From an uncultured Pelagibacteraceae bacterium (GTDB taxonomy: Bacteria > Pseudomonadota > Alphaproteobacteria > Pelagibacterales > Pelagibacteraceae): a DNA stretch of 64,000 nt. The notes under the pieces were generated by a model, which ran no database searches, was not told the DNA's origin, and saw only the letters and a program-made list of their open reading frames with translations. The stretch covers positions 3,788 to 67,787 of the forward strand of contig CACOKI010000003.1 in assembly GCA_902627735.1 (NCBI GenBank). The letters are read 5' to 3'. Each line of letters begins with the position of its first letter. Position 1 is the first letter of the stretch. Shown one piece after another: positions 19,738 through 29,222 of the stretch. Made by a program: the position numbers and the translations under genes.

Positions 19738-20730
19738 TTAACCACCCGTTTTCGATAAATTTTTTGTTAACCCAGTTTCTCCAAGTTCAAGATAATGAGA
19801 TTCTTTTTTAAATTTCATTTGTCCTAAAATTAAATCTTTCAACTCTTCAGTTTGATCGTCTTTTTGTAACAAATGTCTTATACTTATTCCAGTATTTCCA
19901 AACAAACAAAGTCTTAGATCACCTTTTGATGTTATTCTAAGACGATTACATGATTTACAAAAATCTTTAGAATATGGCGCAATAATTCCAAACTTACCTT
20001 TATATTCTGGATTAATATAGTTTAATGAAGGTCCCGCATCTTGGCCTAAGGTTTGATAAATCCACTTATTCTCATTTAAGTAACTTTTAAATATTTTAGA
20101 TGAAATATGATATCTATTAAAATAATCTAAATTATCTCCAGTTTGCATCAATTCAATATATCTAAAATTAACTTTATTAATTTTTATATATTCAGCCCAA
20201 GAATCAAAATCTTTTTTTGAGGAGTTAACACCATTTAAAAGAACCGCATTAATTTTAATATTATCAAAATTTAAACTTTGTAAAATCTCTATCCCTTTTA
20301 AAATCTCAGGCAATCTGTCATGTTTTGTAATATTTTTAAATGTTTCTCTATCCAAACTATCAATACTAATATTAATTCCATCTAAACCACTATCAATTAG
20401 CAACTTTGCTTTTTGATCAAGATGATAGCCATTTGTTGTTATGACAATCTTTTTAATAGATGTTTCATTTTTTAAAATTTTTACGATTTCATAAAAATCT
20501 TTTCTAACAGTAGGTTCTCCGCCAGTTAATCTTATTTTTTGAACTCCTAGTTCTGAAAATCCTTTAGCTAATCTTCTAATTTCATCTATGTTGAGAAATT
20601 TTCTATTGTCACTCTTATCTGCTTGGTAACCATTGGGTAGACAGTATCCACATTTAAAATTACACACCTCAGTGATGGACATCCTTATGTAAGGAAATTT
20701 TCTTCCAAAATTGTCCTCTAAATGTTTCAC
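19738..20730 (-). CDS. moaA: GTP 3',8-cyclase (radical SAM)
   Basis: CNFKCGYC, RLTGGEP, FCKSCNRLR...CLF, C-terminal GG. Confidence 0.96.
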   Translation of the reverse strand: MKHLEDNFGRKFPYIRMSITEVCNFKCGYCLPNGYQADKSDNRKFLNIDEIRRLAKGFSELGVQKIRLTGGEPTVRKDFYEIVKILKNETSIKKIVITTNGYHLDQKAKLLIDSGLDGINISIDSLDRETFKNITKHDRLPEILKGIEILQSLNFDNIKINAVLLNGVNSSKKDFDSWAEYIKINKVNFRYIELMQTGDNLDYFNRYHISSKIFKSYLNENKWIYQTLGQDAGPSLNYINPEYKGKFGIIAPYSKDFCKSCNRLRITSKGDLRLCLFGNTGISIRHLLQKDDQTEELKDLILGQMKFKKESHYLELGETGLTKNLSKTGG

Positions 20731-20901
20731 ACAATAAATTTATAATAGAAATTAAGATTAATAAATTTAAATGATTAAGAATTAATAATAAAAATTAATA
20801 TTTCAACTTTGGATTGTAAAACTTTCAATTGAATAATGTTTTCAATTTTACTTTTTTGTCGCACTCTTTTTTGATAAAATATTTCCATCAGGAGGGACTA
20901 A

Positions 20902-22122
20902 ATGAAAAAAAGATTAAAAAAATTAAATTTATCTAGAAGAAATTTTTTAACTGGAACTGCAACATTAGCAGGTATTGCTGCAACAGCTTCTGTTGTACCA
21001 ATTACAATCGCAAATGCAAATCATTCAGAAGGAAAAAAAGGTTTACCAGATTTTATAAATTGGAAAAACAGAGATGCTCTAATAGTGCATTCTGACAAAG
21101 GCATCGAAACTCATAGAAGTGCTATTGGTGAAAGTTTAATCACGCCAAATCGAAATATTTATATTAGAAATAATATGCCCACTATGACTGACGAACAAAT
21201 TGGAAATAGAATGGATTGGAAAGTTTCAATTGAAGGCGTCAAAAATCCAAAAACTTTTACAATAGCACAGCTTCAAAAATTAGGTCATCAGACAATGGCA
21301 ACAATTTTACAGTGTTCAGGAAATGGAAGAGGTTTTTTTAAACATAAACCTAGAGGCTCGCAATGGAAAACAGGTGCAGCAGCATGTGTATTATGGACTG
21401 GTGTTCCAATGAAAACTGTTGTTGAAGCTTGTGGAGGAATAAATAGTGATGCAGTTTATATGACATCTGCAGGTGTTGATCACGTACCAACTGGTTTAGA
21501 TCCGAACAAAGCAATGATAGAAAGATCTGTTCCTAAAAAAGTTTTTAAAGATGCAATGCTTGCTTGGGAAATGAATGGTGTTCCAGTTCCAAATGCTCAT
21601 GGTGGTCCATTAAGAATGGTAACACCTGGTTATTTTGGAATTAACAATGTAAAACATTTAGGAAAAGTTGCTTTTACTAGTAAAGAGTCTTCAGTTAAAT
21701 ACATGAAAAAAAGTTACAGAATTTCTCCTATTGGAAAAAAAGGATCACAATATCCATCATGTTGGGAAATGCCTGTTAAATCATGGATCACACGTCCTAC
21801 AGATGAAACTGGAACTGTTAAGGCAGGAAAAGTTCAAATTGTTGGTGTAGCTATGGGTGGTACTAAAAAAGTAAGAAGTGTTAAAGTATCAGTCGATGGT
21901 GGTGGTAGCTGGAAAAAAGCAAAATTTATTGGACCAAACTTAGGAAAATATGCTTGGAGACAATTTGTTTTAGAAACTACTCTATCAGCAGGAACTTATA
22001 ATATTGCAAGTTTAGCTTCTAATGGTGGAAATGATAAACAACCCGAGTTGAGAATGGAAAATAGAAGAGGATATGCTCATAACGGTTGGAAAGATCATAG
22101 CGTAAATATTACAGTAGTATAA
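20902..22122 (+). CDS. Tat-exported sulfite oxidase-family molybdoenzyme (SorT/SorA type)
   Basis: SRRNFL Tat signal, LQCSGNGR, HGGPLRMVTPGYFG, YAWRQF; AGGAGG RBS. Confidence 0.9.
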   Translation: MKKRLKKLNLSRRNFLTGTATLAGIAATASVVPITIANANHSEGKKGLPDFINWKNRDALIVHSDKGIETHRSAIGESLITPNRNIYIRNNMPTMTDEQIGNRMDWKVSIEGVKNPKTFTIAQLQKLGHQTMATILQCSGNGRGFFKHKPRGSQWKTGAAACVLWTGVPMKTVVEACGGINSDAVYMTSAGVDHVPTGLDPNKAMIERSVPKKVFKDAMLAWEMNGVPVPNAHGGPLRMVTPGYFGINNVKHLGKVAFTSKESSVKYMKKSYRISPIGKKGSQYPSCWEMPVKSWITRPTDETGTVKAGKVQIVGVAMGGTKKVRSVKVSVDGGGSWKKAKFIGPNLGKYAWRQFVLETTLSAGTYNIASLASNGGNDKQPELRMENRRGYAHNGWKDHSVNITVV

Positions 22123-22149
22123 AACTATAAAAAGTTTTAAGATTAATTA

Positions 22150-22476
22150 ATGAAAATTTTAAAATTTTTATTAATCGTTTTTTTTATATCTATATCTAAC
22201 TATAAAAATATTTTTGCTGATGAAGCTAAAATGAAAAAAGGATTAGAAATTTTTAATGAAACGGCTGCATGCGCTGCATGTCATATTTTGAAAGCTGCAG
22301 GATCTGAAGGTAATATAGGACCAAATTTAGATACAGTAAGTATGACAATTGAGTCTGTCACAGACATGGTTACTAATGGCTTAGGAGTTATGCCAGCTTT
22401 TGGTGAAGGCGAAATTTTAACTAAAGAAGAAATAGAAATTGTATCCTATTATGTTGTTAATGCAGCGGGAAAATAA
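22150..22476 (+). CDS. Monoheme cytochrome c (SorU/SorB type)
   Basis: Signal peptide, CAACH, GPNLD, GVMPAF. Confidence 0.9.
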   Translation: MKILKFLLIVFFISISNYKNIFADEAKMKKGLEIFNETAACAACHILKAAGSEGNIGPNLDTVSMTIESVTDMVTNGLGVMPAFGEGEILTKEEIEIVSYYVVNAAGK

Positions 22477-22484
22477 TAATTAAT

Positions 22485-22513
22485 TTAACTTCCAGCCCGC
22501 CACTGGAAGTTAA
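22485..22513. terminator. Bidirectional terminator hairpin
   Basis: TTAACTTCCAG-CCCGCCA-CTGGAAGTTAA between convergent genes. Confidence 0.8.
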
Positions 22514-22519
22514 TAAAAA

Positions 22520-22837
22520 TTATTGTCCTGGAGCTTTATAACCAATTTTACTTGCTTTTGCAGTTGCTTTACCAAAGTCGATAGCTTCTAACATTGTTAA
22601 ATTATCAACTGCACCAGAAGCCTCTACAACTAATTTAATCGCAGCAAAATCATCAAAGCTTGGCACGTCTGTAACTACAATAAAATCATAAGAACCTCTT
22701 ACAATATCCATGCTATGCATTTTTCCACCCATGGCTTCAGTAAGTTGTTTTACAACAGCTTTTCTGTCACTTGCTGGATCTTTAAGAAATCCTTGAAAAG
22801 CTTTTGCAGTATAATTTCCCATTATGTATGCTTTCAT
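22520..22837 (-). CDS. GYD domain protein
   Basis: GNYT, MGGK, GSYDF pattern; AAGGAG RBS. Confidence 0.8.
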   Translation of the reverse strand: MKAYIMGNYTAKAFQGFLKDPASDRKAVVKQLTEAMGGKMHSMDIVRGSYDFIVVTDVPSFDDFAAIKLVVEASGAVDNLTMLEAIDFGKATAKASKIGYKAPGQ

Positions 22838-22941
22838 ATTTACTTCTCCTTTTTATAACCTCATTCTACTAACTAAATAAAAATGTTGATATGTTTTATT
22901 TGCATGCTAGACACAACCTCAAGTAATGCTAAATTAACATT

Positions 22942-24384
22942 ATGTACGAGAAATTTGGACAATTTATCGATGGTAAATGGCAACAATCCTCTGACAAAGG
23001 AACTTATGAAGTTATTAATCCTGCAAATGAGGAAATTTTAGGCCACGCTTCAAAGGCAACATCTAAAGATGTAGAGGCAGCATTACAATCTGCAGCAAAA
23101 GGACTTGAAGTTTGGAAGAGAACTGCTCCTTGGCAAAGATCATATATCATAAGAAGAATTGCAGACAAGATGAGAGAAAAACAAGATGTTTTAGCAAAAT
23201 GGATGACACTTGAAGTTGGCAAACCTTTAGCTGAAGCTAAGGGCGAAATAGGTGGAGCTGCAGATATTTTTGAATGGAATGCTGAGGAGACAAAAAGAAT
23301 TTATGGTCAGACTGTAGAAAGTAGATTTGAAGATACTAGAGTGCATGTTTATTATCAGCCTGTAGGTGTTGTAGCAGCGTTAACACCATGGAATTTCCCA
23401 GCTGTTTTATCAGCTAGAAAAATTTCAACTGCTTTAGCAGCTGGTTGTTCTGTTATAATTAAACCAGATGTAATCACACCAGGCATAGTTATGGAAATGG
23501 TAGATATTTGTAGGGAATGTGGAGTACCACCAGGTGTAATTAATCTTTTATCAGGTGATCCACCCAGTATTGCTCAACAATTAATTGCTTCAGATATAAT
23601 AAAGAAAATTTCAATTACAGGATCTTCAAGAGTTGGAAAACTTATATTAAAACAAGCTGCAGATAAAGTTCAAAGAGTTACGATGGAACTTAGCGGTCAT
23701 TCTCCTTTTATTGTATTTGATGATGCGGATATTAAAAAAGCAGCAGATATGGCAATCTCAGCAAAGTTTAGAAACAATGGACAAGTATGTATATCTCCAA
23801 ATAGATTTTATATTCATGAAAGTAAAAAAGATGAGTTCGTAAATTTATTCGTAGACAAAACAAAAAAATTAAAAATTGGTGATGGTATGGATCCAAATAC
23901 ACAATTAGGTCCATTAACAACAAAGAAAAGATTAAATGAAATTGAAGAGTTAGTTGAAAAAACCAAGCAAGAAGGTGCTAAAGTTTTGTTAGGGGGAAAA
24001 AGACCAGCTGGATTTAACAAAGGGTTTTTTTACGAACCAACAATATTTGATGATGTAAAAGATAATTATACAATTATGAAACAAGAACCTTTTGGACCTT
24101 TGGTACCAATGCTCTCATTTAAATCATTTGACGAAGTCATTGAAAGAGCAAATAATCATGAACTTGGCTTATGTAGTTATGTTTGTACCAATTCAATGGA
24201 AAAAGCACATCTAGCTTCTGAAAGATTAGAAACAGGAACTGTAGGAGTAAACACAGGTATGATTGCAGTTGCAGAAGCACCTTTTGGAGGAATAAAACAA
24301 AGTGGATATGGAAGAGAGGGTGGTTCTGAAGCTATAAAAGATTATTTAAATGTGAAATATACTCATATGGGATTGAAAGGATAG
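22942..24384 (+). CDS. gabD: NAD-dependent succinate-semialdehyde dehydrogenase-like aldehyde dehydrogenase
   Basis: TPWNFP, ITGSSRVG, KFRNNGQVC, EPFGP, PFGGIKQSGYGREGG. Confidence 0.8.
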   Translation: MYEKFGQFIDGKWQQSSDKGTYEVINPANEEILGHASKATSKDVEAALQSAAKGLEVWKRTAPWQRSYIIRRIADKMREKQDVLAKWMTLEVGKPLAEAKGEIGGAADIFEWNAEETKRIYGQTVESRFEDTRVHVYYQPVGVVAALTPWNFPAVLSARKISTALAAGCSVIIKPDVITPGIVMEMVDICRECGVPPGVINLLSGDPPSIAQQLIASDIIKKISITGSSRVGKLILKQAADKVQRVTMELSGHSPFIVFDDADIKKAADMAISAKFRNNGQVCISPNRFYIHESKKDEFVNLFVDKTKKLKIGDGMDPNTQLGPLTTKKRLNEIEELVEKTKQEGAKVLLGGKRPAGFNKGFFYEPTIFDDVKDNYTIMKQEPFGPLVPMLSFKSFDEVIERANNHELGLCSYVCTNSMEKAHLASERLETGTVGVNTGMIAVAEAPFGGIKQSGYGREGGSEAIKDYLNVKYTHMGLKG

Positions 24385-24388
24385 TAAA

Positions 24389-25237
24389 ATGAAATTATTG
24401 AGAATAGGTGAAATAGGATCAGAGAAACCTGCATTAATAGATAATCAAAATAAATACAGAGATTTATCATCAATTATAAAAGATCTAAATCCTGATACTT
24501 TAAATTTTGAAACATTAGAAAAGATAAAAAATATAGATGTATCTAAACTTCCAGAATTAGATTCAAACTTAAGAATTGGTGCATGTGTATCGACACCATC
24601 AAAATTTATTGGAATTGGTTTAAATTTTAAAGATCATGCAGAAGAACAAAACTTACCAATTCCAAAAGAACCAATTATTTTTTCAAAATTTACTAGCTGC
24701 ATTACAGGACCCAATGATCCAATTATTGTACCAAGAGGATCTACCCATACTGATTGGGAAGTAGAATTAGGATTTGTAATTGGAAAAAAAGCATTAAACG
24801 TTAGTTCTGAACAAGCTTTAGATCATGTATTAGGTTTTTTCTTAGTAAATGATGTTAGTGAGAGAAATTATCAAAAAAATAAGGGATTAACTTGGGATAA
24901 AGGAAAAGGATTTGATACTTTTGGACCAATTGGCCCTTACATTGTTACTAAAGATGAACTTCCTGATTTTCAAAAATTAAATATGTTTTTGGATGTTAAT
25001 GGAAAAAGAATGCAAACAGGAAATACTGAAAAAATGATATTTGATATAAAAACTTTAGTATCTTACTTGAGCTCATGCATGAGTTTGCATCCAGGTGACA
25101 TTTGTTGCACGGGAACACCTCCTGGAGTTGGGGAAAATATGAAACCTCCATATTTTTTAAAAGGTGGAGAAGAGGTTGTCTTGGGAATTGACAAACTGGG
25201 TCAACAAAAACATCAAGTTGTTCCTTATAATGAATAA
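24389..25237 (+). CDS. Fumarylacetoacetate hydrolase family protein
   Basis: IGLNF, DWEVEL, NDVSER, GKGFDTFGPIGP, TGTPPGVG. Confidence 0.92.
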   Translation: MKLLRIGEIGSEKPALIDNQNKYRDLSSIIKDLNPDTLNFETLEKIKNIDVSKLPELDSNLRIGACVSTPSKFIGIGLNFKDHAEEQNLPIPKEPIIFSKFTSCITGPNDPIIVPRGSTHTDWEVELGFVIGKKALNVSSEQALDHVLGFFLVNDVSERNYQKNKGLTWDKGKGFDTFGPIGPYIVTKDELPDFQKLNMFLDVNGKRMQTGNTEKMIFDIKTLVSYLSSCMSLHPGDICCTGTPPGVGENMKPPYFLKGGEEVVLGIDKLGQQKHQVVPYNE

Positions 25238-27924
25238 TGCAAAAAAGAGATTTATATTACGAGAGAATACCCACAAAACTTCTCAGAGATGATGTTAGAT
25301 ATATAGGAAATATATTAGGCAAAGTTATCAAAGAACAAGAAGGTCAAAATTTTTTTGAATTAGTTGAAAAAATAAGAAAACTTTCTAAAGCTAATAATAA
25401 AAGTTTAAAAACCCATCAAACAAATAAAAAAGTAATAAAAGCAATTAAAAATCTAAGTCCAAAAAATACATTTAAATTAACTAGAGCGTTTACTCATTTT
25501 ATGAATTTTATAAATTTAGCTGAGTTAATAGACGCATCAAGAAGTTTAAATGAATATGAAAATAATAAGAAAAAAATTGCAAATAATAATTTGTTTATCG
25601 AAGAGATTTTTGAAAGCCTTTTTAAAAAAAAAAATATTTCAAAAAATAAAATTTATGATACAGCAAAAAATCTGAATATTGGTATTGTTTTAACAGCTCA
25701 TCCAACCGAGGTAAAAAGAAGAACATTAATTCAGAAATACCATTCAATAATCGAAATTCTTGAACAACGAAACTTATTCAAAAATTTTCCGGCAAAATTA
25801 AAAATATTAAATAAAAGATTATTTGATGAACTTACAATTATTTGGAATACGGATGATTTAAAAAGGGTTAAACCATCACCATACGATGAGGCTAGATGGG
25901 GACTAGCAATTATAGAAGATAGTCTTTGGGATACAGTGCCTAAAGTTTATAGAAGACTAAATTCTATTTTTGCTCAAAATATGAAAAAAAATCTTCCCAA
26001 AAACTTTAATCCAATTGAATTTGGATCATGGATGGGTGGTGATAGAGATGGAAATCCTAATGTAACTGCAGATGTAACTAGAAAAGTAATTTTACTATCA
26101 AGATGGGAAGCAGCTAAATTATATGAAAAAGCTTTAACTAAAATTATTAGATCCTACTCAATGGAAAAGTGTTCAAAAAAAATTCAAAATAAAGTTGGTA
26201 AATCTTTTGAACCATATAGAGTTTTTTTGAGACCTTTAAGAGATAAAATGAGAGTGACACATAGATCAATTGAACAGCACTTGGTAAATAAAAAATCCTT
26301 AAATCAAAAGAAATTACTTCATTCAAGAGAAGAAATACTAAAACCACTAAGAATTGTAAGAGAATCTTTAGAACAGAATCAAAATGAAAATATAGCTAGT
26401 GGTGAGTTGTTAGATTTAATGAGAAGAGCAAAATGTTTTGGTATAAATCTTGCAAGACTGGATATTAGACAAGAGTCATCAAGACACAGTCAATTAGTAT
26501 TTGAATTTTTAAAAAAAAAATACAAAAAAAATTATTACAAGATGAGTGAAAAAGAAAAAATTCAATTTTTCAAATTTCAATTAAAATCTAAAAAAAAACA
26601 AATTAAAAATTTCAAATTTAAAAATAAAGAAAATAAAGAAGTTTGGTCAACTTTTAAAATTTTAGCAAATGAGCCTCCTGAATGCTTAGGAGCTTACGTT
26701 ATCTCTATGACAACATCAGCATCAGATATTTTATCTGTATCTTTTTTACAAAAAGAAGCAAATATAAGAAATAAATTAAGAGTAGTTCCGTTATTCGAAA
26801 CTTTAGAAGATTTAATTAATGCCAAAGAAATAATGAAAAATTTATTTACACAAAATTGGTATAGAAAATTAATTCAAAATAAACAAGAAGTTATGATTGG
26901 ATATTCTGACTCAAGTAAAGATGCTGGCAAAATTTGTGCAAGTTGGCACCAATATAAAGCTCAGGAAGATATAATTAAATTAGGTAAGAAATATAATATT
27001 AAAATAACATTTTTTCATGGTAGAGGTGGATCAGCTGGTCGAGGTGGTGGACCAATCCAAGCAACACTGAGATCTCAGCCTCCACATTCGGTTAATGGAA
27101 AAATAAGAATTACTGACCAAGGAGAAGTAATTCAGCAAAAATATGGATACGAACCAATGGCTAAATATAATTTATGTAGTTACATAGGTGCTGTTACTGA
27201 GGCAACATTAAACCCACCAGCTCATCCAAAAAAAAATTGGAGATCATTAATCGAAAAAATGTCAGATATATCTAAAAGTTCATATAGAAAAAATATTAAT
27301 CAAAACTCTGATTTTATAAAATATTTTGAAACTGTAACTCCGCATAAGGCGCTTGGAAAACTTTCAATTGGATCAAGACCTTCCAAAAGAAAAAATGTTG
27401 ATAATATAAAAAGTTTAAGAGCAATTCCTTGGGTTTTTGCATGGACACAGATTAGATTAATGTTACCAGCTTGGTTAGGAAGTGCTGAAGCACTTAGATA
27501 TGCTTACATTAAAGAATTTAGAAAAACTTTATATGATATGGAGAGAAAATGGCCCTTCTTTAATTCTATGCTTGATATGTTAGATATGGTTATATCAAAA
27601 GCAGATCCGGAAATATCTAAAATTTATGAAGAATATCTTGCAAACGAGAGTTTAAAAAGAGTAGGAAAAAAATTGAGATTTCAATTTGATGTTATTAAAA
27701 ATTTAAATAAGAAAATTACACCTAAAGAAATAATAAATTCAAGAAAACAATTCCGAAAATCAGTGATTGTAAGAAACATATATTCAGAAGTTTTAAATAT
27801 TATTCAGCCTATAGTAATTAAAAAATTAAAAAAAAATACTAATACTCAAAATAAGAAATATTTAAATGATGCTTTATTAACTTCAATTGCAGGTATATCT
27901 GCTGCTATGAAAAATACAGGTTAA
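25237..27924 (+). CDS. ppc: Phosphoenolpyruvate carboxylase
   Basis: VLTAHPTE, WMGGDRDGNP, MIGYSDSSKDAG, FHGRGG, LRAIPWVFAWTQ, MKNTG. Confidence 0.98.
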   Translation: MQKRDLYYERIPTKLLRDDVRYIGNILGKVIKEQEGQNFFELVEKIRKLSKANNKSLKTHQTNKKVIKAIKNLSPKNTFKLTRAFTHFMNFINLAELIDASRSLNEYENNKKKIANNNLFIEEIFESLFKKKNISKNKIYDTAKNLNIGIVLTAHPTEVKRRTLIQKYHSIIEILEQRNLFKNFPAKLKILNKRLFDELTIIWNTDDLKRVKPSPYDEARWGLAIIEDSLWDTVPKVYRRLNSIFAQNMKKNLPKNFNPIEFGSWMGGDRDGNPNVTADVTRKVILLSRWEAAKLYEKALTKIIRSYSMEKCSKKIQNKVGKSFEPYRVFLRPLRDKMRVTHRSIEQHLVNKKSLNQKKLLHSREEILKPLRIVRESLEQNQNENIASGELLDLMRRAKCFGINLARLDIRQESSRHSQLVFEFLKKKYKKNYYKMSEKEKIQFFKFQLKSKKKQIKNFKFKNKENKEVWSTFKILANEPPECLGAYVISMTTSASDILSVSFLQKEANIRNKLRVVPLFETLEDLINAKEIMKNLFTQNWYRKLIQNKQEVMIGYSDSSKDAGKICASWHQYKAQEDIIKLGKKYNIKITFFHGRGGSAGRGGGPIQATLRSQPPHSVNGKIRITDQGEVIQQKYGYEPMAKYNLCSYIGAVTEATLNPPAHPKKNWRSLIEKMSDISKSSYRKNINQNSDFIKYFETVTPHKALGKLSIGSRPSKRKNVDNIKSLRAIPWVFAWTQIRLMLPAWLGSAEALRYAYIKEFRKTLYDMERKWPFFNSMLDMLDMVISKADPEISKIYEEYLANESLKRVGKKLRFQFDVIKNLNKKITPKEIINSRKQFRKSVIVRNIYSEVLNIIQPIVIKKLKKNTNTQNKKYLNDALLTSIAGISAAMKNTG

Positions 27925-27925
27925 G

Positions 27926-28633
27926 ATGATAGAATTGTTTATAGCTTTTGGTGCAGGATTAATAAGTTTTTTATCTCCTTGTGTTTTACCATTAATACCT
28001 GGTTATATTTCTTATATTTCAGGCAGTTCAATTAATGAATTGTTAGAAAAAAAAAATGTAAATTTGATACCAATAATTTTGTTTACAGTGGGTTTTTCTT
28101 TAGTTTTTATAATCTTTGGAGCAGCCTCTACTTTTATTGGCCAAGCTCTTTTAAAAAATTCATATGAGTTAAGAGTAGCAGCAGGTTTAATTATCATTGT
28201 TTTATCTCTTCATATTTTGGGTGTTATAAATCTTAAATTTTTAAATTATGAAAAAAGAATTCAAACAAATTTTAGTAAGAATTTCTTTAGTCCTATTCTG
28301 ATAGGTATGGCTTTTGCGTTTGGATGGACTCCTTGCATTGGCCCTATTCTTGGATCAATTTTAGTGTTAGCAGCTACAGAAGAGAGTTTGGCAAGAGGTA
28401 TATTATTATTATTTTTTTACTCTGCTGGTTTAGCTATTCCTTTTATTCTTTCAGGATATTTAATTCAAAAATTTTTGATATTTTCAAAAAATTTTAAGAA
28501 AAATGTCAATCGAGTATCAAAAATAGGTGGAGTTATTTTGTTAATTACTGGTATTCTAATAATTACAAATCATTTACAAGCTTTAGGATATTATTTACTT
28601 GATATATTACCTTTTTTACAAAACTTTGGTTAA
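27926..28633 (+). CDS. ccdA: Cytochrome c biogenesis protein CcdA
   Basis: SFLSPCVLPL and GWTPCIGP. Confidence 0.93.
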   Translation: MIELFIAFGAGLISFLSPCVLPLIPGYISYISGSSINELLEKKNVNLIPIILFTVGFSLVFIIFGAASTFIGQALLKNSYELRVAAGLIIIVLSLHILGVINLKFLNYEKRIQTNFSKNFFSPILIGMAFAFGWTPCIGPILGSILVLAATEESLARGILLLFFYSAGLAIPFILSGYLIQKFLIFSKNFKKNVNRVSKIGGVILLITGILIITNHLQALGYYLLDILPFLQNFG

Positions 28634-28640
28634 TTAATTT

Positions 28641-29222
28641 ATGAAAATTTATCAAATAGATTCAAGTGCAAGAAAAGATGGTTCAACCTCTCGTGCTTTA
28701 GCTAAAAAATTACTAAATCAAATAAAAGAACCAAATGATGAAGTTATATATAGAGATCTAAATGATGAAATGGTTTTTGTAACTGGATTAACAGAATCCG
28801 GTATGAATATTGCTGAAAAAGATCAAAATGAAAATCATAAAAAAATGTTTGAGCTTTCAAATCAATTAGTGGAAGAGCTTAAAGAGAGTGACATAATTAT
28901 AATTTCCGCACCAATTTATAATTATGGGCCTCCTGCAACTTTAAAAGCATGGTCAGATCTTGTAGCTAGAGTTGGTGAAACATTTAAATTTAAACCCAAT
29001 GGAAGAAGAGAAGGATTATTAAAAAATAAAAAAGCATACTTGGTAATTACTTCTGGAGGAACTAAACTGAATAGTAAAGAGGATTTTTTAACACCTTGGT
29101 TAAGATTTATTTTAAATTTTTTTGGTATTGAGGAAGTACAAGTTATTAGTGCTGATCAAATGGCATTAGATTATGATAAATCAATTAAAGAAGCTGAAAA
29201 GCAAATAAAAAATATTAAATGA
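28641..29222 (+). CDS. azoR: FMN-dependent NADH-azoreductase / quinone reductase
   Basis: DSSAR, APIYNY, LKAWSD, TSGG. Confidence 0.85.
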   Translation: MKIYQIDSSARKDGSTSRALAKKLLNQIKEPNDEVIYRDLNDEMVFVTGLTESGMNIAEKDQNENHKKMFELSNQLVEELKESDIIIISAPIYNYGPPATLKAWSDLVARVGETFKFKPNGRREGLLKNKKAYLVITSGGTKLNSKEDFLTPWLRFILNFFGIEEVQVISADQMALDYDKSIKEAEKQIKNIK

